A stretch of DNA of 64,000 nt. Source: an uncultured Gammaproteobacteria bacterium. GTDB taxonomy: Bacteria; Patescibacteriota; Microgenomatia; Woykebacterales; RBG-16-39-9b. This document shows positions 28,675 to 37,874 of this stretch, piece by piece (position 1 is the first letter of the stretch; every line of letters starts with the position of its first letter). The translations under genes and the position numbers were made by a program. The stretch lies in assembly GCA_964367355.1 (NCBI GenBank), contig CAYIWY010000008.1, forward strand, positions 15,172 to 79,171, given 5' to 3'. The notes under the pieces are model-generated. The model was not told where the DNA came from. It did no database searches and was given only the letters and a program-made list of their open reading frames with translations.

Positions 28675-28926
28675 ATGGTGCAGGTGAAGATTTATTCTAC
28701 TCAAACATGTCCTTTTTGTAAAATGGAAAAGGAGTATTTGGATGGACATGGTATAAACTATGAGAATATTTTTATCGACGAGGATTCGAAAGCAGCACAG
28801 GATCTGATGGTTTTGGAAGGACAGATTGGCGTACCATTTACTGTTTTTACAAAAGAAGACGGAAGTAAGGAAACTTTGCTTGGTTTTGATAGAGAAGAGA
28901 TCAATCGGATTCTAAATATTTCGTAA
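28675..28926 (+). CDS. glutaredoxin-like protein (CPFC active site, NrdH/YruB-like)
   Basis: MVQVKIYSTQTCPFCK... 83 aa, thioredoxin-fold pattern. Confidence 0.7.
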   Translation: MVQVKIYSTQTCPFCKMEKEYLDGHGINYENIFIDEDSKAAQDLMVLEGQIGVPFTVFTKEDGSKETLLGFDREEINRILNIS

Positions 28927-28952
28927 ATACTGCTCCAGAAAGGTAAAATTTT

Positions 28953-29597
28953 ATGGCAAAGAAATTCGATGTCAACTCCTTAGATAAAAAAGGGAAAAAA
29001 GAATATTTAAAAAATCTGCATGATTCACAGACTAAAAAAGAAAAACGAACCACCTTTGTTTTTGTAGGTTTTATTGTTTTACTACTCGCCATTGCCGCTT
29101 TCGGAATATATTTTTTAACTAGTACAAAAAATAACTCTTTACCAAAAGAGTTGGGTGAAAAGATCGCGGTGGATCCCACTAATGGAAGATTGCATATAGA
29201 TCCGGGAGAACCACAAGCAACTTATACTTCAAACCCACCGACTTCCGGCCCGCACTACAATTCTGCCGGCTCTGGACCAATTGAATGTAAGTTCTATGAT
29301 AAAGAAGTTAAAGATGAAGGCGTGATTCACAATTTGGAGCACGGTGCTGTTTGGATTACTTATAAAAATAACGATGCACAGCTGAAGAAAGATTTGAAAC
29401 AAATTACCCTCGATAATTCAAAAGTTCTGATATCCTATCGACCGAAGAATGATTCAAATATCGCACTTGCCGGTTGGGGGCGTTTGCTTAAACTCGATTC
29501 TTTTGAACAAACCAAAATTGAACAGTTTATCAAACTTTACAAAAATGGACCTGATTCCCCAGAACCTTTAGCTGGTTGTGGAACAAGTAGTGGTTAA
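28953..29597 (+). CDS. DUF3105-like membrane-anchored protein
   Basis: PPTSGPHY ... LEHGAVWITY pattern typical of DUF3105. One TM. Confidence 0.45.
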   Translation: MAKKFDVNSLDKKGKKEYLKNLHDSQTKKEKRTTFVFVGFIVLLLAIAAFGIYFLTSTKNNSLPKELGEKIAVDPTNGRLHIDPGEPQATYTSNPPTSGPHYNSAGSGPIECKFYDKEVKDEGVIHNLEHGAVWITYKNNDAQLKKDLKQITLDNSKVLISYRPKNDSNIALAGWGRLLKLDSFEQTKIEQFIKLYKNGPDSPEPLAGCGTSSG

Positions 29598-29623
29598 AGT
29601 AAATTAAATTCTAGAAAATACAA

Positions 29624-30064
29624 ATGGATTTAACTAATATAGATAGAAAAAAGTTCTTAACAGAAGGTTATGTTAAGAAGGTTGAAAAGCCTTGGGGTTA
29701 CGAACTAATCTTTACTCCCGAAGGTCAACCGTATACTGGGAAAATAATGCATATCGAGGCTGGTAAAAGGCAAAGTTTACAAGTACACGATCAAAAAGAA
29801 GAAACTTATTATTTAGGTTTGGGTAAGGGTGGGGTCATAATCGAAAACTCAAGTGGAAAGTTGGTGAAGATTGAATTTGAAGAAGGTAAAGGTTACACCA
29901 CTAAAGTTGGTCAGAAGCACCGTCTTTTTGGAATCACCGATTGTGATATTTGGGAGGTGTCCACACCTGAAACCGGAACGACCCTTCGACTTGAAGATGA
30001 TTACAATCGAGGTGATGAGACTGATGACGTTCGTAAAGAACCAAACCGTGGTTGGGATAGCTAA
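29624..30064 (+). CDS. cupin-domain protein (mannose-6-phosphate isomerase type II-like cupin)
   Basis: KPWGYE ... H..Q..E.YY..G.G cupin motifs. Confidence 0.45.
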   Translation: MDLTNIDRKKFLTEGYVKKVEKPWGYELIFTPEGQPYTGKIMHIEAGKRQSLQVHDQKEETYYLGLGKGGVIIENSSGKLVKIEFEEGKGYTTKVGQKHRLFGITDCDIWEVSTPETGTTLRLEDDYNRGDETDDVRKEPNRGWDS

Positions 30065-30083
30065 CTAATTTCAAAGGAGAAAA

Positions 30084-31031
30084 ATGCACGAAGAAATTTA
30101 TGACGTAATTATTGCCGGTTCCGGTCCTGCCGGACTGACGGCAGCGATTTACACTGCCAGATCAAATTTAAAGGTATTAGTTATTGCTGGCGTGGAGGCT
30201 GGTGGGCAGTTAATCTGGACAACTGATGTTGAGGATTTCCCAGGTTTTCCAGATGGGGTTCAAGGACCAGATCTTGTTGGACTTTTCCGCAAGCAAGCTG
30301 AACGACTTGGAGCGAAATTTACTGACGGAGATATTACAGAGATTGATCTAAAAAACCGCCCTTTCACCGCAAAAGTTGGTTCTAAAACTTTTCAGGGAAA
30401 AAGTGTAATTATTGCCACTGGAGCTTCGGCCAGATGGCTTGGTTTGGACTCTGAACAAAAATTGCGCGGTCGGGGAGTATCAGCTTGTGCTGTTTGTGAC
30501 GGCGCTTTTTTCAAGGGTAAAGAATTGGCATTAGTTGGTGGAGGCGACAGCGCCCTTCGAGAAGCAATTTTTCTTACTAAGTTTGCCACTAGAGTTTATA
30601 TTATCCACCGCCGTAGCGAACTACGCGCCTTCAAGGCTCTACAGGATCGAGCAAAGGCAAACGAAAAAATTGAATTTATTTTTAATTCTGAAGTCAAGGA
30701 AGTTTTAGGTGAAAATCGGGTTGAGGGCGTTAAACTTTTTAACAGCAAGACTAATGAAGAAAAAAATCTCAAGGTTGGAGGGTTGTTTGTTGCTATTGGA
30801 CACAAACCAAACACGCAGTTTCTCAAAGGGCAACTTGAAACTGACAAGGGGGGTTATTTAAAACTAACTGGTACCAGCACTACCAGTATCCCGGGTGTTT
30901 TTGCCTCTGGAGATGTCCATGATTACAAATATCAGCAAGCAGTAACTGCTGCCGGTGCTGGTTGTATGGCCGCTCTTGAAGTTGAAGATTTTCTTGAAGA
31001 GGAAAAGACCAAGGCAGTTAGTCAAAGCTAA
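30084..31031 (+). CDS. trxB: thioredoxin reductase
   Basis: GSGPAG FAD motif, redox-active CAVCDGAFF, GGGDSA NADPH motif. Confidence 0.85.
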   Translation: MHEEIYDVIIAGSGPAGLTAAIYTARSNLKVLVIAGVEAGGQLIWTTDVEDFPGFPDGVQGPDLVGLFRKQAERLGAKFTDGDITEIDLKNRPFTAKVGSKTFQGKSVIIATGASARWLGLDSEQKLRGRGVSACAVCDGAFFKGKELALVGGGDSALREAIFLTKFATRVYIIHRRSELRAFKALQDRAKANEKIEFIFNSEVKEVLGENRVEGVKLFNSKTNEEKNLKVGGLFVAIGHKPNTQFLKGQLETDKGGYLKLTGTSTTSIPGVFASGDVHDYKYQQAVTAAGAGCMAALEVEDFLEEEKTKAVSQS

Positions 31032-31075
31032 AACCAACAGTAATAATGTAACAAAATGTATAGTGTAGAAGGGTA

Positions 31076-31128
31076 TTGACAGGTCAATATGTTGATGTTA
31101 GCCTTTAGTTAGTACCCAACATATTGTG
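31076..31128 (+). promoter_or_regulatory. promoter (TTGACA-17-TAGCCT) overlapped by two NrdR-box-like palindromes
   Basis: Palindromes TCAATATGTTGA (31084-31095) and CAACATATTGTG (31117-31128), about 33 bp centre to centre, resemble the NrdR-box consensus (acaCwAtATaTwGtgt). Located upstream of nrdR-nrdJ. Confidence 0.4.
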
Positions 31129-31273
31129 CTTTCGAGTTTCCACAGTCGGAAACGTACACCCCGAAAACGGGGGCCCAAATGACCCAATCAAACCACAAAG
31201 CACAGTTTGGAAGGAAAGTTCTTTTTAATTTCTTAACCACAGCTTAAGGACAGAAAGCTTTTTAGTAAAAATA

Positions 31274-31298
31274 GGCGTAATTTTTGCGCCCTGTTTTT
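31274..31298 (+). terminator. terminator-like hairpin in the nrdR leader (possible attenuator)
   Basis: GGCG-taatttttg-CGCC followed by CTGTTTTT, about 20 nt before the nrdR RBS. Confidence 0.3.
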
Positions 31299-31332
31299 GG
31301 AGTCTTCCAAATTCAGAAAAGGAGTTAATAAC

Positions 31333-31800
31333 GTGAAGTGCCCCTACTGCAGTTATTACGATACTTCAGTTCTAGATTCCAGAGATTCTGAGGATCTTGG
31401 TTCGATTCGCCGTCGACGAGAGTGTCTTAAATGTGAGAAGCGTTTCACAACTTACGAACGGGTGGATATGGTTAATATGTTTGTTTTGAAAAAAGACGGC
31501 CGACGGGAGCAATTTGATCGTAAGAAATTGATGACCGGAATGTTGAAAGCTACGGAAAAGCGACCGGTAACTATGGATCAGATTGAAAAAGCAGTTGATG
31601 AGATCGAGCGGGAGTTGCGTCGACGCGAAAGTATCGAGATTCCTTCAGCCGACATGGGTGAAGTGGTCATGAACAAGCTCAAAACACTTGATGAAGTTGC
31701 TTACATTCGTTTTGCCAGTGTTTACCGCTCGTTTGACAACCTCGAAACCTTTGAAAAAGAGGTTAAAAGTTTATTAAAAGATAAGGGTCATATTAACTAA
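31333..31800 (+). CDS. nrdR: transcriptional repressor NrdR
   Basis: GTG start after an AAGGAG RBS. VKCPYCSYYDTSVLDSR zinc ribbon plus an ATP-cone. Confidence 0.8.
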   Translation: MKCPYCSYYDTSVLDSRDSEDLGSIRRRRECLKCEKRFTTYERVDMVNMFVLKKDGRREQFDRKKLMTGMLKATEKRPVTMDQIEKAVDEIERELRRRESIEIPSADMGEVVMNKLKTLDEVAYIRFASVYRSFDNLETFEKEVKSLLKDKGHIN

Positions 31801-31805
31801 TTTAA

Positions 31806-34334
31806 TTGGAGGAAACTGCTCTTATGGCTAGTAAAAATAAAGCAACTAAGTCCCAAGGAAAGGAGTTTGTGTTTTCAATTAGTTTACAAAAGAAACTTGA
31901 AAAACTAATTTCCGACCAAGAGCAGACTAAACTAGAAGGGATTCGCGCTAAAGTTTTTACTGACCGCTACAGTTTAAAAGACTCTGAAGGAAAAAGTGTT
32001 GAAGAATATCCCGAGCAGATGTGGACTCGGGTCGCTGCCGGTCTAGCGCAGGTGGAGAAAACTCCGGTTCTTCAAGAAGAGTGGGCCAAGAAATTCTACA
32101 GTGCGCTCAAAGATTTTAAATATGTACCGGGTGGACGAGTACTCTCCGGAGCCGGAACTCCTTATGAAGTAACTTTCTATAATTGTTTTGTTATTCCCTC
32201 ACCTCACGACTCTCGAAACGGAATCATCGACAATTTAAAGCTGATGATTGATATCATGTCCCGTTCCGGTGGGGTTGGGATCAATCTGTCTTCTTTGCGA
32301 CCACGGGGAGCGCGAGTTAAAAAAGTTAACGGTACTTCTTCGGGACCAGTAAACTGGGCGCAGCTTTATTCCACTGCCACACATGACGTGATTCAGCAAG
32401 GCGGGAGCCGCCGCGGAGCTTTGATGCTGATGATCAATGACTGGCACCCTGATGTTGAGGAATTTATTGATGTTAAAAAAGATTTGACGAAAATCAATGG
32501 TGCGAATTTGTCAATTTGTGTTTCTGATGCTTTCATGACGGCAGTTAAAAATGATAAAGATTGGGATCTCTACTATCCAGATCTTTCTGAGCCTGATTAC
32601 GACAAACTTTGGGATGGGGATATAGATAAATGGAAAGCGGCAGGTAAGAAAGTTGTACTTTACCGAACTGTTAAAGCAGCACAAGTTTGGGAAAAAATCT
32701 GCCAAGCAGCTTGGAACAGTGCCGAACCAGGACTCCATTTTATTGAAAGAAGTAACAAACGAAGTAATACCTGGTACTTTGAAAAACTGATTGCGACCAA
32801 CCCTTGTGGCGAACAACCGCTTGGAGCTTGGGCAGTTTGCAACCTTGGTGCAGTCAATCTTTCCGCCTTCGTTAGTGAAGGAAGTTTTGATTATAAGGAT
32901 CTTGAAGAAAAAGTTCGAATTGCCATCAGGATGATGGACAATGTTATTGACTCAACTGGCTACTACTTTCCGGAAAACAAAGCGCAGCAGATGGGAATCC
33001 GTCGAACCGGACTGGGCACTATGGGACTTGGTGACGCTTTAATCAAAATGAAATTGCGTTATGGCAGCGAAGAAGCCCAGGGTGTGATTGAAAAGATTTA
33101 TAAAACAATTCGTGACAGTGCTTACGAAGAATCAGCGTATCTTGCAAAAGAAAAAGGTGTCTTTCCGAACTTTGACAAGGAAAAATATTTGCAAGGTTGG
33201 TTTATTAAAAAGCTTCCAAGCAAAGTCCGCGAAGAAATCGCGGAAAACGGAATTCGAAACGCAGTTCTTTTGACCCAAGCCCCAACCGGGACAACTTCTT
33301 TGGTTTCCGGAGTTTCTAGTGGGATTGAACCAGTTTACGACTTTGCGATGATCCGACGGGATAGAACCGGCGAGCATGTTTTGTATCACCCGCTTTACGA
33401 GGAATGGAAAAATGCCAACCCAGGTGTTGAGAAGACCCCTGATTATTTTGTATCTGCAAACGACCTCATACCAGAAGACCATGTTCGAGTTCAGGCTCTA
33501 ATTCAAGATTACACTGATAGTTCCATCTCCAAAACCGTAAACGCGCCAAATGCCCATACTGTTGAAGAGGTTCGCCGACTCTACATGCAAGCTTACGACC
33601 TTGGTTGTAAAGGTATTACCTATATGCGGGATGGGTCTCGCGAAGGAGTTTTGTCGCACAAGGATGACAAGGCTGAAAAAAAGGAGGAGCAGAGCGCAAA
33701 TGTTGCCAACGTTCCAGTCCATTTGCGTAAACGACCGGACAATTTAACTGGAATTACCAGAAGAATCGCAACTCCAGTGGGACACGCTTTCATCACCATC
33801 AACGAAGACGAAAATCACAACCCATTTGAAGTTTTCATCAACGTTGGTAAAGCAGGAACTGATATTTACGCCGATGCTGAAGCGATTGGGCGATTGATTT
33901 CTCTAGCTCTGCGAATCCCATCCAACTACGCGCCAGCAGAAGTAATTCAACAGGTGGTGAATCAACTTTCTGGAATTGGGGGTAGCTCCTCCCGCGGTTT
34001 TGGAGTTGATCGTATTCACTCTCTTGCTGACGCTGTCAGTAAAGTTTTGTCAGAATATTCTGGTAAAGTCAGTACTTACCCCTCAATTACGGAAACAAAA
34101 TTGGCCAATGGCAACGGTTTTACTAACGGTAACGGCCATTCTGTTAACGGTGAGATTAAAGATGAAGTAAAGATAGATCAGCCGGCAGTCGCCGCTTCGG
34201 AAGTTGTGACAATGCAAGCTTCGGTTATGAAGACTCAGTCACGCCGTGACATTTGTCCGAAATGTGGCGTCGCATCATTTATTTATGAGGAGGGTTGTAA
34301 AAAGTGCTATTCATGTGGGCACTCAGAGTGTTAG
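31806..34334 (+). CDS. nrdJ: ribonucleoside reductase, class II (adenosylcobalamin-dependent, monomeric NrdJ type) with C-terminal zinc finger
   Basis: NPCGEQPL active-site region, 842 aa, C-terminal CPKCG...CKKCYSCGH. No class I beta subunit in the window. Confidence 0.75.
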   Translation: MEETALMASKNKATKSQGKEFVFSISLQKKLEKLISDQEQTKLEGIRAKVFTDRYSLKDSEGKSVEEYPEQMWTRVAAGLAQVEKTPVLQEEWAKKFYSALKDFKYVPGGRVLSGAGTPYEVTFYNCFVIPSPHDSRNGIIDNLKLMIDIMSRSGGVGINLSSLRPRGARVKKVNGTSSGPVNWAQLYSTATHDVIQQGGSRRGALMLMINDWHPDVEEFIDVKKDLTKINGANLSICVSDAFMTAVKNDKDWDLYYPDLSEPDYDKLWDGDIDKWKAAGKKVVLYRTVKAAQVWEKICQAAWNSAEPGLHFIERSNKRSNTWYFEKLIATNPCGEQPLGAWAVCNLGAVNLSAFVSEGSFDYKDLEEKVRIAIRMMDNVIDSTGYYFPENKAQQMGIRRTGLGTMGLGDALIKMKLRYGSEEAQGVIEKIYKTIRDSAYEESAYLAKEKGVFPNFDKEKYLQGWFIKKLPSKVREEIAENGIRNAVLLTQAPTGTTSLVSGVSSGIEPVYDFAMIRRDRTGEHVLYHPLYEEWKNANPGVEKTPDYFVSANDLIPEDHVRVQALIQDYTDSSISKTVNAPNAHTVEEVRRLYMQAYDLGCKGITYMRDGSREGVLSHKDDKAEKKEEQSANVANVPVHLRKRPDNLTGITRRIATPVGHAFITINEDENHNPFEVFINVGKAGTDIYADAEAIGRLISLALRIPSNYAPAEVIQQVVNQLSGIGGSSSRGFGVDRIHSLADAVSKVLSEYSGKVSTYPSITETKLANGNGFTNGNGHSVNGEIKDEVKIDQPAVAASEVVTMQASVMKTQSRRDICPKCGVASFIYEEGCKKCYSCGHSEC

Positions 34335-34375
34335 GCAAGTAGTTCGAAAACCATTAAATTAGAGGTAAAGAACTC

Positions 34376-34440
34376 AGCACTTCTTGCGCTTCGCTAACGC
34401 GAATCTTAAAAAATGTATTTTTGAAAAAGTAAGAAGTGCT
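34376..34440. repeat. long-loop hairpin repeat, family copy 1 (AGCACTTCTTGCGC ... GTAAGAAGTGCT)
   Basis: Twelve-bp stem of the AGCACTTCTT(G/A)C family with a loop of about 40 nt, between convergent genes. The same stem recurs at 47938-48027. Confidence 0.5.
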
Positions 34441-34464
34441 AAGATCAACGAAGTCGAGCGCAAG

Positions 34465-34492
34465 ATTTTCGAATTTTAGTTCCTTCGAAAAT
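34465..34492. terminator. bidirectional hairpin (ATTTTCGAA-ttttagttcc-TTCGAAAAT)
   Basis: Perfect 9-bp palindromic stem between convergent nrdJ and the dsbA-like gene. Confidence 0.4.
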
Positions 34493-34526
34493 TTACCTCG
34501 TGCGGTCACTCCGAATGTTAGAGCAA

Positions 34527-35168
34527 TTACTTGCCAAGCAGAGTGTCAATTTTTTTCTTCCAAGTGTCGTAACTTTGGCCGCCGACTATCTTTTCTCCGT
34601 TAAGGAAAAAGGTTGGAGTTGAGTTAACTCCGAGAGTTTGACCATCGGTTTGATCGGCTTTAATTTTTTCATCAAACTTGTAGTCAACGATTGATTTTTT
34701 AAACTTAGCGGTATCGAGCTTTAATTCTGCCGCGTATTTTACAAAGTAATCAATTGCGTTATTACTTTCAGACCACTCAATTTGCCGAGAGTAAAGTATG
34801 TCATTCATTTCCCAATATTTTCCTTGTTCACCAGCGGCTTCAGCGGCTTCTGAACCAAGCTTCCCGTTTTGATGCTGGGGTAAAGGAAAGTGTCGGAAGA
34901 CAAAAGTCATCTTACCTTTATAATCATTTATGATTTTTTCGATAACAGGTGCAGCGGCACCGCAAGCCGGGCATTGATAATCTCCAAATTCGACTAAAGT
35001 AACTTTAGCGTCTTTAACCTCGATCTTATTGCTGTTAGCCCTTACTAAGGCGTCTTTTTTATCACCTGAAGTTGTCGGAGTTGTTGATCCAGAAAAAATC
35101 ACTACCACGCCAATAATAATTGCGCAAACTACACCTAGTCCTAAAAGCATTTTAACTTCGCCGCTCAT
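34527..35168 (-). CDS. DsbA-family thiol:disulfide oxidoreductase (membrane-anchored)
   Basis: N-terminal TM, CPAC active site, DsbA-like thioredoxin fold. Confidence 0.7.
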   Translation of the reverse strand: MSGEVKMLLGLGVVCAIIIGVVVIFSGSTTPTTSGDKKDALVRANSNKIEVKDAKVTLVEFGDYQCPACGAAAPVIEKIINDYKGKMTFVFRHFPLPQHQNGKLGSEAAEAAGEQGKYWEMNDILYSRQIEWSESNNAIDYFVKYAAELKLDTAKFKKSIVDYKFDEKIKADQTDGQTLGVNSTPTFFLNGEKIVGGQSYDTWKKKIDTLLGK

Positions 35169-35593
35169 TTATTTGTCCTCCAATAATAAAGCAGGCAAGT
35201 TGTAATGATAATAAAACTTACTAAAGATAAAAATGGAATGGTTATAAAGCCAAAATAATTAACCTCGCGAGTGGCACAACTGACCCCAACGCGGCAGGGA
35301 AACGATGCTTCCGTAAGAACCCCAAGTTGCAGTAGATACTGTAGGAAGGCAATTACTCCCCCGGCAATACTTAGCGGTAATGCGTAAAAAACCAGTTTTT
35401 TATCGTTAAGAATAATTCCGACAGCGATTATGACAACTAGTGGGTACATCGCAATTCGTTGATACCAACAAAGTAAACAGGGTGCATAGCCAAGGACTTC
35501 ACTAAAAATTAAACTACCAGCAGTCGCTGCAATTGCTTGGATCCAGGCAATATAAAGGACGTTTTTATCAAATATTTTTTTAACAGAGTTCAT
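35165..35593 (-). CDS. disulfide bond formation protein B (BdbC-type DsbB)
   Basis: CLLCWYQR and a second Cys pair CRVGVSC. 4 TM, 142 aa. Overlaps the dsbA-like gene. Confidence 0.65.
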   Translation of the reverse strand: MNSVKKIFDKNVLYIAWIQAIAATAGSLIFSEVLGYAPCLLCWYQRIAMYPLVVIIAVGIILNDKKLVFYALPLSIAGGVIAFLQYLLQLGVLTEASFPCRVGVSCATREVNYFGFITIPFLSLVSFIIITTCLLYYWRTNK

Positions 35594-35682
35594 AAACCAA
35601 AAGGTATTTTACCACAAAACCAGAGTTGACAAGAGGGTTAAATTATCCTAAAGTAATTACACTTTTACAATTTAAATCAAAG

Positions 35683-35880
35683 GATTATTGGTGAAGGACC
35701 GTGAAATTCGGTCGGAGTGCCGCTACTGTAATCCTTCGACTCCGCTCAGGATAGCCTGAGTGAAATCGAAGGCTAAACCCAGAACCCAACCTTTGATCCC
35801 GATCTTAATCGGGACACTTCGAGCAAAGGAAGGTTTCTGAAATGACCTTCCTATTAAAATAATATACGGAAGGTTTTTTG
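35683..35880 (+). ncRNA. cobalamin (B12) riboswitch-like leader with RBS-sequestering expression platform
   Basis: Core GGTGAAGGACCGTGAAATTCGGTCGGAGTGCCGCTACTGTAATCC fits the GGUG..AA.UCC...GCC.CUG pattern. B12-box-like TCAGGATAGCCTGAG. 3' end has mutually exclusive GGAAGG(35828)/CCTTCC(35846)/GGAAGG(35868, the RBS) pairings plus a T6 run. Confidence 0.65.
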
Positions 35881-37857
35881 ATGAAACAAAGTTTTTTTCT
35901 AACTAAATATTCGCTAAGAAACTTAATATCTATCGTTCTTACTACTGCAGTTATGTTGCCGTCTTTTATTATCGCTGCTCCTATTTCTGCAGCATCTGCT
36001 ACCAACGTTTTAGTTCAAGCCCGAGCTAATAGCCAAGTACTATTAAACCAACAAACCACTGTACCTGATGGTTGCAATGCCGTTGTTGATGGTGTTAGTC
36101 AATTTATAACCGGACCAAAAGTTGTTTGCGCTTTGGTCGCAGTCGCTAGCAGTTATACTTTGATAAATGACCCTAGTTACGGTGTTTTTCTAGAAAGCAT
36201 TAATGGAGTAACTAGCGGTCCGGGTTGGGTTTATACAGTTAACAACAACCGCATTAGTAGTGGTATAGCAGCCTACTCACTTCAAAGTGGTGATAGTGTG
36301 TTATTTAAATTTAGTACCGACTCCTCTGGTGCTATTGCTCTGCCACAGGCTCCAGTAAGTTTGCCGCAAACTCCAGTAGTTTTCAACCCACCTGCGGTAG
36401 TTAGTCAACCATCAGCTCCAACCAATACCACTTCAAGCAATCCTTCAATCCCAACAACTTCTGCAAATAATAATTGTTCAATCAGAGTAGCTTGGACTGC
36501 TTTTCAAAACCAGCGGCCAATTTTTTATGGTAGTTGGGACGGGAGTTACACTATCTTTGTTTTCCCAGATGGGCAAACCCGCGACCAATTTGTTTGGAGT
36601 AAGAAAATAACCGCCACTACAGTTGACGTAACTGGTTTGCAAAACGGTACCAGTTATCGTGGAGAGATTTTTATAACAGGAGCCTTTCTGTCTGGAGCGA
36701 CACCTTACTGGAGTAGTTTTGGGCCAGTTGGTTGTAAAGTTGTAAATAACACTAGTACTAGTAAACCCCAAACTAAAACGACAAACAAAACTACAACTAT
36801 AGCAAAGAAAACTACTCCAACAAAAATAACTCAGAACAAAAAGCAAGCAATTGAAAAAGCAATTAGCTACTTATTAACTCAACAAGGCGCAAGCGGTGAG
36901 ATCGAATCTTTGGGAGTAAGTGGTTGGTCTCTGTTAGCCTTTAGCGCTAGCGGGAAAATTAATGATAAATTGGTAAGTTTTCTTAAGGAAAACTCAAGTT
37001 ACGATAAACCAACTGATGTTGAAAGGACAATTTTAGTTGCTGTTGCTACTGGAATTGACCCTAAGGATTTTAACAGCACAAACCTGATTAAAAAACTGAG
37101 AGGTTTTGAAGTTAACGGGCAGATTGGTGATGAAAAAAGTTTAAGTGACGATATCTTTGGAATCTTAGCTTTCACCGCTGCTGGTGAAAACGACGAACCT
37201 TTATTGAAAAAAGCAACTAGTTTTGTCACCGAAAATCAAAACCAAGACGGTGGTTGGGGGTTTCAAGTTGGTCAAATAAGTGATGTTGATACCACGGCGG
37301 CAAGTGTCCAGGCTTTGAAAGCGGCCAAGAAAGCTAGTTTATCAGTTTCAGATTCAGTCTTGACCCAGGCAAAAAATTATTTGCATTCAGCTCAAAATCA
37401 GGATGGCGGTTTTGGTTTTAATAAAACTGATCAAAAAGTTTCAAATACTTCTTCGACTGCTTGGGCAATACAAGCTTTAGCGGCCTTGGGCGAAACTCCT
37501 ACTAAGGCTCTAACTTATTTACGACAACAGCAACTTGATAACGGTGGTTTTAGAACTGACACTAGTGGCCAAGTAAGTAACCTAGCGACCGCTTATGCGG
37601 TAGCAGCTTTAGCCGAAAAATCACTACCAATAAGGTCGTCAGTACTTGGTGCATCCACAGAAGTGATACCTAACCTACCAGATACAGGGTTTGACCAAGT
37701 TTGGTTGGGGATAATTAGTATAGTTTTAATTTCATTTGGACTTTTACTTATAACGAATAACCGTTTGCAAGCCAAAAATAAACGAAGAGTAATCTTCAAT
37801 TTTGCTGATTTTGCCGACTCAATTCATCATCGTCGGAGAGTGCGTCTGAGGGATTAG
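35881..37857 (+). CDS. LPXTG-anchored surface protein with prenyltransferase/squalene-cyclase-like (alpha/alpha toroid) repeats
   Basis: Signal peptide. QNQDGGWGF and QNQDGGFGF repeats. C-terminal LPDTG plus hydrophobic helix plus KNKRR sorting signal. Confidence 0.7.
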   Translation: MKQSFFLTKYSLRNLISIVLTTAVMLPSFIIAAPISAASATNVLVQARANSQVLLNQQTTVPDGCNAVVDGVSQFITGPKVVCALVAVASSYTLINDPSYGVFLESINGVTSGPGWVYTVNNNRISSGIAAYSLQSGDSVLFKFSTDSSGAIALPQAPVSLPQTPVVFNPPAVVSQPSAPTNTTSSNPSIPTTSANNNCSIRVAWTAFQNQRPIFYGSWDGSYTIFVFPDGQTRDQFVWSKKITATTVDVTGLQNGTSYRGEIFITGAFLSGATPYWSSFGPVGCKVVNNTSTSKPQTKTTNKTTTIAKKTTPTKITQNKKQAIEKAISYLLTQQGASGEIESLGVSGWSLLAFSASGKINDKLVSFLKENSSYDKPTDVERTILVAVATGIDPKDFNSTNLIKKLRGFEVNGQIGDEKSLSDDIFGILAFTAAGENDEPLLKKATSFVTENQNQDGGWGFQVGQISDVDTTAASVQALKAAKKASLSVSDSVLTQAKNYLHSAQNQDGGFGFNKTDQKVSNTSSTAWAIQALAALGETPTKALTYLRQQQLDNGGFRTDTSGQVSNLATAYAVAALAEKSLPIRSSVLGASTEVIPNLPDTGFDQVWLGIISIVLISFGLLLITNNRLQAKNKRRVIFNFADFADSIHHRRRVRLRD

Positions 37858-37874
37858 TAAGAAAGGGAAGAGTA

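Noticed and set aside
31040-31332. Second cobalamin riboswitch in the nrdR-nrdJ leader
   Set aside because: No GCCACUG-type core or B12-box-like AGYCMGG..CCUGCC element was found. The stems present are better explained as an NrdR-regulated leader/attenuator.
35805-36005. 66-aa minus-strand ORF across the riboswitch 3' end and the LPXTG gene start
   Set aside because: Antisense to the expression platform and the start of a well-supported gene. No independent support.
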